From Epithemia pelagica (Eukaryota > Protista > Bacillariophyta), in the NCBI GenBank assembly GCA_946965045.2, contig OX337235.1, forward strand, positions 806,001-870,000: a stretch of DNA of 64,000 nt, given 5' to 3'. The notes under the pieces were generated by a model. The model ran no database searches. It saw only the letters and a program-made list of their open reading frames with translations, and had not been told where the DNA came from. This document shows positions 56,110 through 64,000 of this stretch, piece by piece. Each line of letters begins with the position of its first letter. The stretch's first letter is position 1. Both the position numbers and the translations under genes were made by a program.

Positions 56110-58149
56110 GTCCCCGCAAGTCGATTGCCGACTTGGAATGAAGGCTGTGGCATGCGAGAAACGAGAGCTCCACAACATAGAAGCCCATTCAAGCCACAGT
56201 TCCAACCGGGCCATGTGGAAAATCATTGTAGACTGACATGAAATCATGTCACACTCATCCATTCTTGTCACTATTTGATCTCAGTTTTGCATTCGGGGCG
56301 GTCCTCCTTTTGTCTTTCTCTCCCCATGGTACGGCAGCTTTCTAGAGAGCCTCGTTGTAAGATGCGTCCAAGACCAATGGCAAGGTGTATGTATGCATGT
56401 GGAAAATCCCGCGTCCACAAAAATACCAGACCGACTCAGGTCTCATTGTTACCCACCACAAGTGAGGAAAACCAACCCCCCGCGGCCACTCCAGGACATG
56501 GAACTACCATGCGATCAGGTTACACAACAACAACAGCAATGCACGACATGGCCAAGAACCACGACAACAGGAGTTGGAATGGCAACAAGATGTACTGGAA
56601 TGGATTCTGGAGATCTGTTATATCGTCTTGATCCAGAATCTCTGTCTCTTCGCCTTGTTCCAGATACCTCTTTCTTTGAACCCTGCTCCTTTTGATACCC
56701 GACAAGGCACCCCATGCCCAAATGAGCGAAACATGTGGTCCTGTCTCTGTCTAGTATATTTGCCCCAGCACATAGATGCATACATGATCCTGCACGATTC
56801 GCTTGTCACTTCGACTTCGTTAGCTGGATTCGAGTTAATGTTCATATAACATGCGGTTCCGTGCATCCAGAAGGTATCCTCCCCACATTGTCTGCCCAAG
56901 TGATAAATGCTATCTAATTTCATTCTTTCCGACATGCCAAGGTGGGTGTCAACCAGATACACCATTTGTTGTCATCGCACTCCCTAACTATTCTGCAGCT
57001 GTGCTGTACGGGTAATTCCTTGTTCTCTCTACCACGTACCAAACTTTTCTGAATTTCCCCTCCACATCAGCAAGGAAGGAAGTATCTCACAACCTCTGCT
57101 AGCTGCACACCTGTTCATCTTCCATTATTGCGAGCAACCATGTTTTGATAACTTGCCCCGTGCACCAAAGATCACACCAATTCAAGAGTCAGATATGTGT
57201 CTCAATGTCCCCGTCTTTCTTGGTCGATATAAGGAATGCACCGTCCCCGTCTTCTTGCTTTCCAAACTATGAGGTCCCCGTCTTCTTGCTGCAATTCCCA
57301 TTCCCATCCCAGGCTCAGGCTGTCATCATCTATCATTTTCCGAAAAACTCTTCCCGCGTCATAAGTCACAAGGTTTCTCCAATACCCCAATCATTCCCAA
57401 TTCTGTGATTCAATTCTCCCAGCGTGGTGTCACATTTTCCACAGATCCGATTCTTCTGCCTCACATTTATAGTATCTGTTGCCACCAAATCCATATCTGA
57501 CCAACCTCTACTGTCTCCATTCACTCCTTAGCCAAGCATGTCCTTAACTGGCCATGCAGATCATTTCCACTTCATTTCAGGCCTTCTCGGATGGTTCCTG
57601 ACAACAACCCCTTTCATGGCAAACCAGGAGAATCCTCCTCGGCAGTCACAAACAAAAACTCTGTCTGCATGCACAGAGAGCAGCCCATACATAGTCTGCA
57701 ACCCCAGGTGTACCTCTCTCCAGTTTATGTTTGTCTGGGCAACCTCATCAGGAATCATGTTGTTTCCTCCAACACAATGCTCCTGTTTGTCCCTAATGAT
57801 CCAGAGACTTTCCCTCCGATTTTTAGTGCATTTGTGCTTCCTCTGGTTTGCCGGCACCTGGCCAATAGTGTCATTTCTCTTGCACTTGCATCTTTTCCGA
57901 CGACAATGGTATTTTGCGTTCTCCCGTGCACTTGCACATCCTCTCCCTACCGCAAATGTCACCACCTCCAGGATGCCTGCAGCCTCCTCGACCCCTCCTT
58001 TCTTGCACTACAGCATACATCACTCAGCATTTCCTGCACAACAGCACTTCTCTCAATTAACACACCTGGTACGAGGACCAAATACCCAAGGAAATCCCAG
58101 AATGTTCTGACTGATGTCATTCCCTCAAGGAAGCCAACCACATCACTGT

Positions 58150-58434
58150 CCCGACAAACAAGGGACATCACCTTTGCTATTGCAAATTGGCATCGGGAAC
58201 GCAATCATATTTGGAAAAAAAAGGTCAGGAAGAATTCCCCGATGCCCGACAAACAAGGGACATCACCTTTGCTATTGCAAATTGGCATCGGGAACGCAAT
58301 CATATTTGGAAAAAAAAGGTCAGGAAGAATTCCCCGATGCCCGACAAACAAGGGACATCACCTTTGCTATTGCAAATTGGCATCGGGAACGCAATCATAT
58401 TTGGAAAAAAAAGGTCAGGAAGAATTCCCCGATG
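58150..58434. repeat. Three exact head-to-tail copies of a 95-bp unit inside element C
   Basis: Units start at 58150, 58245 and 58340 (CCCGACAAACAAGGG...GAATTCCCCGATG). Confidence 0.95.
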
Positions 58435-61400
58435 AACGTGACTCGGCACATGGCTTTGTATGGGCTGTTTGGTGCCAATTGCCCAATACCAAGCCTGGTC
58501 TTGAGAACAATCTCACCTCCTGCAAGGCCCTGCATCCCTCCTTGTGGAACGACCAACTTAAAAGTGTCTACTATACCAGTACCTTTCAGCTGCCCGTCAA
58601 GTTTTTCTCATGGCGGAGGAGCCTACCGCGTTCGATCACGGTTTCCCTGGAAGTCCTTTGCCATGGATGTCAACCAGTATCGGGATCCCATGATTCCACC
58701 CTACCCCCAAAGTTCCAAAGACTTGAGCTTTTTGTGGGCCGAAGGACCGCTCTGGTCCAAGCAGAGATTCAAGAGCCAACCACACGATGTTGTCGACTTT
58801 AATCTGGCCTATTCCATTACTCTCAAGAAGGGTGTGCCATCCGCCATTGGGCCACCCTGGTATTGTCCCCGTCCTCTGACAATGGGAAGCCAGAGCAAGC
58901 ATGGGAGGAGGAATGTAAGCAACCAGGCCTCCCCTTTTTTTTAGGAGATCGTGGGTTTTAGGAGATCGTGGGTATGCCTTTCACGTGTTTGGTTCCCCTC
59001 CCGATGTATCTGGCCCTGCCCATCTTTCCCTTCCAGGGTCCCCGCCTTGCGATCACCTTCATAAAAAACATGTCACAGCAAGTGACATCGTCTCATAGTC
59101 TTCCGCTTCCTTTTGTATTTCATCCAAATGACTTTGAATTTTCATCTTGGTAGCAGGACGCGAATCCGATCCCCACTTCTCGCGGAACCCACTTTTCGTC
59201 CCCTTGTTCAGTGAGATGTTCCATGCCCATAGCTAACAACTCCTTGTTTATTCATATGTTCCAAGCCCATAGCCAACAATCCATCACTTCTGCAATACGT
59301 ATTGTCCCTTTTCAGACCATTGCGTCTCTTGATCCATGCTCCAATTTTCTCCACGCGTACCACAGTGACTCCATATCTTCCGTGGTGATGAGGGGGGCTT
59401 CGAACTCCAATTCAGTCATTGATGAACTGTCATTGGATGTACGAGACGGGAGAGTATCCCATGACCATCCTGCTCCATCCATTGTCAACCCCCCAGGAAT
59501 GTACAACTTCTCTTGAGGAAGATTCCTCTCCACGATTACAGGCCCGCGGGGCAAAGACACAGTTCCCTGTTTCAAACAAATCAACCCTATGCCAGATAGG
59601 AGCAATTCGCCATCATAATCCAAGAGCACCCTGACCCGAAAAGATCCTCCGATGGTATGGCCATTTGCCATATCCTGGACAATAGATATGTCTTGTCTCA
59701 GTCATCAGGATCCCACGCCAGCAATTCTGATTTGTGTAATCTGGCCGCAAAACTAAATTGTGATGCAGAATCGCCATTCCAATTCTCAGTACTGCAGACA
59801 CGAGCGGCCTCATAAGCACATGCTTTGTCTGGATCCGCCGTCCTCATACTCATCAACTTCCGGCGTCTCTTTCGTGACCACCTCTCCATATTCCTCATTT
59901 GATGCTACGATTCATGTCTGTCCCCGCTGTTCCTCTTCTGCTTCTACATCCTCCCATTATCCTGGTCCACTTCCATTACTAGATATATCCGGTTTGGCTT
60001 TTCTCTTTCTGGTAGTTGGCCAAAAAGATCCATCGTATCCACTTCTTTTGACACTCTTTAGCGTCTTCACCTGAACCTCCGTTTATAGCACAACTCTGCA
60101 CGAGACTCCGCAGAAACAGTGTGATGCCCACAAGAAGAAACTCCGCAGAAACAGTGTGATGCCCACAAGAAGAAACTGCCTCAAAGAAGACACTGCCTCA
60201 TCCGTAGCCCACAAGAAGAAACTACCTCAAAGAAGACACTGCCTCATCCATAGCAATCACTTTAGATGTCGTTGATTATCGGACTCCTCCAGTAGGCCCA
60301 CTCCTCCCGTGGACCCAGAGCTGTTTGTCCCCGTCCTCCAACCATCGCTCTTGCGGAGCTATGGGAGGAGGATTCTTCTACTCCACGGGATCCTCATCGA
60401 CAACCCAACAGTTAGTTCTTCGTCAATATCTTGCATACCAAATGCGGAGCAGTCTCCAGCCAATTAAGTGATGTCCCAATAACCTATTAGAATATACTTT
60501 GTCATGGCATGGAACAGCAATATTTCTGAATATAGTCGAATGACGTGACCATTCGATGAACAGACGACGTACATTCTCGACGCGACTGTAAGGTTTCGGG
60601 ACACAAAGAATACTTCCCCCTGTTTTGGTTCTGGTTGTGAAAAGAGACAACACCGTGGCTGTGCTTGGGCAGGTCATCTTCCTGTTGATGGTCTTCTCGT
60701 TGTTTGTGCCACTCCACGCCTGGTCCTTCCACAAGCTGCTCAGTCGCATGACGGACCTCTCCGACAAGACCAACCGTTGCCAGTCTCATTGGTAAGGATA
60801 CAGACGAAATTGTCACTGCCAAATCGGACAATGACGACGACGGAATGGAATCGAGTCTTTCCACCGACACCTCAGGGGCCTTGCATGGTGCCCAATAATT
60901 CTGCGATTCCACGAGGCTGATACACGCTTGGCAGCCCCAATGCTTCATCCATGTATAACGCAACGTTCGGATTCCAATTACCAGTCCCAGTTGATACGAA
61001 CATGACTCAGACTCCCTTTATCCAGTCGATACGAACATGACTCAGACTCCCTTTATGAAATTTCCTCGTCAGTTAACTTTCCAAGAAGGCCCATTGGTGT
61101 ATTGCTCCAATGCGGGAGCATGCTCCATTGTGCCGACCACACGTCATTTTCATTATTTCCGACACTGCACTCTGGTGTTAGAGGCAAAATTTACACATCC
61201 GACTTCCTACGAATAGGTCCGTTTCACGAGAACTTCAATTCCTAACAAATGAGGTTATTCCTTTTGTCGATACATTGCTTCCTCAATGCCTGATCCGGTG
61301 ACACTCGTACCTTGAGTGCCACCATCCCTCCCGGATGTATCCGTATCCGGTGACACCTGTACCTCGGGTGCCACCATCATTCCTAGATGCACCACGCGGT

Positions 61401-61979
61401 GCACCCATCCCAACAGCCATTCCCTCCACAACTATAACCCGTTGCAGACCCCGTTCCGGTATCAGATGAACCTTCCGGGTGATTTTCCCCCGGTGAAACA
61501 CCGGTCTCACCTCGTTGGTGATATCCAAGGCTGTGGGATCTCCGCTTCGACTCCCTCCGCTACCTGTGGGTACTAAAATTGGCAGCAGCTTCTGCTTCAC
61601 GTTTGTGTTTCCACTCCTACTCCCTTTTTGGACTTCTGATTGCTCCCTCTTTCGATTTCCACTTTCACTGGGTTCCTTTCCTACTTCTGCATCCTTCATG
61701 GGTACTTGTGTCTCACCCCACAGCTTCCGCTCTCACAGCTTCTGTAACTCCATCCATTTCCACAACTCCCGTAATTCCCATTACTTCCAGTTTATATCGT
61801 CAGTCATTGGTCTCGATGACAAATAACCATTTCTGTTTTGTCGTTTTCAACCACATCGATTGCTTTCCTTGTGCTTCGTCTCCATCAGCTAGCTCTCTCT
61901 GAAACGCTTCCCCATCGTTTATTTCTTGTCTCTTTCTGCCTCGAAGGCCAAAATGTAGCTTCTTCTGGGTCTGATAAAC

Positions 61980-62151
61980 TGTCTTATTTTGCCTGTGGGA
62001 GCAAAATCCCACTATCGTAACAACATTCTTACCGATAACAAGAATTATACTACGTTCAAAGCAGAGACAAGAAAAGTAACCATGTAAGCGGTAACATCAG
62101 CTTCTGTGGGTCTTGGATGTTCGTGATCGAGCTATCAGCCGGAATAAGACA
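61980..62151 (-). repeat. 5' LTR of element C (172 bp)
   Basis: Identical to 55938-56109 and followed on the minus strand by GTTTATCAGACCCAG. Confidence 0.95.
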
Positions 62152-62385
62152 GTTGATCATAGAACGGTCAATTTGTGATCGGTGACGTTAGAAAGCGCGA
62201 CCACCGCTACACAACTTTGAGCAAGATCGAACACAAAAGGCCAGTCCGGCCGGCGCATTTGGCCCAAGCCGAAGGATCAAAATCAAACCTCTTGCCAGTC
62301 TCACAAAACCAAAAATCATCAAAACATCTTCCCCACAACAGCAAAACCAAAAGCATCAGCAACCAGCAAACCAACATTTACGAAA

Positions 62386-63147
62386 ATGTCTCCCTCATCG
62401 GTAACTCTTGAAAATCAAGTCGCCTTTGTCACAGGTACAAACAAGAAGAATGGAATTGGACGCGCCATTGTTCATGCGCTTCTGAAAGAGGGTGTCAAAA
62501 AGATCTATGCCACAGCACGAGATACTAAAGAGCTTGAAGACCTCGCTGCGGAACAGAGTGGGAAGGTTGCCCCCGTTGCATTGGATGTTACTGACTTGCA
62601 CGCAATAAAGAAACTTTCGGAACAATATCCCGATGTGACCTTGGTCATTAACAATGCTGGTTACTTGTCGGGTGGGAGTGGTAGCTCTTTGGAGACTGAG
62701 ATTGCCAAAGTTCAGCAAGAGATGAAAGTCAATTACCTTGCGCCCTTGGCCATTGTGAGTAGCTTTGCTCCCCTTCTCAAGGCTTCGACCGAAAGTGCTG
62801 TCGTGAACATCAACTCGATTGCTTCATTGGTCAACTTTCCAGTCGCGGGAACCTACTCGGCATTCAAAGCCGCTGCTCACTCTTTGACTCAAGCCCAGCG
62901 TCGTGACTTGCCCAACAGTTTGGTGGTCGGCGTTTATCCAGGTCCGATTGATACAGCCATGGCGGAAGAACTTCCCTTTGACAAGACGCCACCGAGTGCT
63001 GTGGCCGAGGCTGTGATTACAGCCTTGAAGAAGGGTGAAGAGGATGTCTTTCCCGATGGCATGGCCAATCATTTGTTTGACAACTGGAAGACGGATGCCA
63101 AGTCGGTCGAACGCGAAATGGCCAAATCTGTGGAAGTTGCGCAGTGA
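62386..63147 (+). CDS. Short-chain dehydrogenase/reductase, copy 4
   Basis: Intact 253-aa paralog with YSAFK (catalytic Y and K retained). Confidence 0.92.
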   Translation: MSPSSVTLENQVAFVTGTNKKNGIGRAIVHALLKEGVKKIYATARDTKELEDLAAEQSGKVAPVALDVTDLHAIKKLSEQYPDVTLVINNAGYLSGGSGSSLETEIAKVQQEMKVNYLAPLAIVSSFAPLLKASTESAVVNINSIASLVNFPVAGTYSAFKAAAHSLTQAQRRDLPNSLVVGVYPGPIDTAMAEELPFDKTPPSAVAEAVITALKKGEEDVFPDGMANHLFDNWKTDAKSVEREMAKSVEVAQ

Positions 63148-63580
63148 GCTTCCTATCGTTTGTTTTATACTCATAAAATTTAGAATCGCCAACTAGAAAC
63201 TACACAAATGACTCATCGTCTAGGTTGTTCCTATTGCGTGTAGTAAACGTCAGACACGAGGATGCGAATATGCTTATGACAACCTGTGTACGTTTCTTTG
63301 TCTAACAACCAAGACGACTTCTTCACTTGAAGAGACCGTCCTTGTGTAGGAGTATAGTTGGTGACCAACGAAGCGTGTGCCTTTGACATGGATTTTCATG
63401 TCCAAACTTGTCTTCTCATTGAACGCAATATGACATGATAGGTATGTTGACTGAAGATTGTGTCTTTTAGCATAGCGCTTGCTCTACCGATTCCCAGTTT
63501 CAGCCGCGTTCCGACTCAACTTGCTTCAAACTGCTTTCAGTATAGTGTTTCCGTGTCCACTGTTGACGCACAGAGGTGAC

Positions 63581-64000
63581 TCAAACATATTGGATTTGAT
63601 ACATGCGAATGTGCTTGCGCATGGCCCATCCAAAGCGTAACGCACTAAACGCATAGAGCATCAAAATGGCTGCCAAAGACGCACTGCTCTTGGCTTGTGT
63701 TTGAATCACTTTGGTGACATCGGATACGGTCCACTCCGGACAGCGATTCGGATCTCCTTGCGGCAAATCGCAATTTGTACAACTTGCCGCTTGATCGAGA
63801 AAGCAAGCCAAGTCACCTCGTTGAGAATCCGTCAAGGGAATGTCGACAAAGGACGAGGAAAAGGCAACACTGGCCGCAAACAGGGCAATCAACGAGGCCA
63901 CAATCAACGTCATGAGAATGATAAAGCAGACGATACAAATTAGTTTGTTGCGTTTGTGTCGCGTATTGGTAATGGAACTAACAGAAATGTACCATCCCAA
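63581..64000 (-). CDS. 3' part of a membrane protein (two TM helices flanking a Cys-rich loop, tetraspanin-like topology); continues beyond the window
   Basis: Reading frame open to the window edge. Hydrophobic helices flank CFLDQAASCTNCD...CPEW. Confidence 0.6.
   Translation of the reverse strand: MGWYISVSSITNTRHKRNKLICIVCFIILMTLIVASLIALFAASVAFSSSFVDIPLTDSQRGDLACFLDQAASCTNCDLPQGDPNRCPEWTVSDVTKVIQTQAKSSASLAAILMLYAFSALRFGWAMRKHIRMYQIQYV

Larger units (their letters stand above)
55938..62151 (-). mobile_element. Non-autonomous copia-derived LTR element C (6214 bp), TSD GTTG
   Basis: Identical 172-bp LTRs. The PBS-like 15-mer lies at 61965-61979 and the PPT-like GCGGGGAC at 56110-56117. GTTG occurs at 55934-55937 and 62152-62155. 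The interior has no long ORF. Confidence 0.92.

Noticed and set aside
58150-58434. CRISPR-like array
   Set aside because: Head-to-tail identical units with no spacers, no cas genes, and a eukaryotic retroelement context.
1-64000. tRNA, rRNA or snRNA genes
   Set aside because: None recognised by eye. A tRNAscan-SE or Infernal run would be needed to exclude them.

Overview
Eukaryotic nuclear DNA, most likely a pennate diatom. Evidence: an ASAFAP-type plastid presequence on Psb29/THF1, short GT-AG introns, diatom-type Ty1/copia (CoDi) elements, and DUF1501 and sulfotransferase families. The window has intact housekeeping genes (THF1, NDUFS8/TYKY, an Asp/Asn beta-hydroxylase-like gene, a GlcG/HbpS heme-binding gene, a HemK-like methyltransferase, several unknown membrane or secreted proteins). 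It also has a nested retroelement cluster at 10-25 kb, a rearranged and duplicated block at 39-63 kb with four SDR paralogs, and many genes broken by single stops or frameshifts. The main observation is an intact 6361-bp copia element (18265-24625) with identical 213-bp LTRs and a 4-bp target-site duplication, whose ends read 5'-CG...CG-3' instead of the near-universal TG...CA. Two related elements in the same window keep TG...CA ends. One shares its PBS-like 15-mer, and both have the same AC dinucleotide on the PPT side, which fixes the boundary. All assignments come from motif recognition by eye; no database searches were run.
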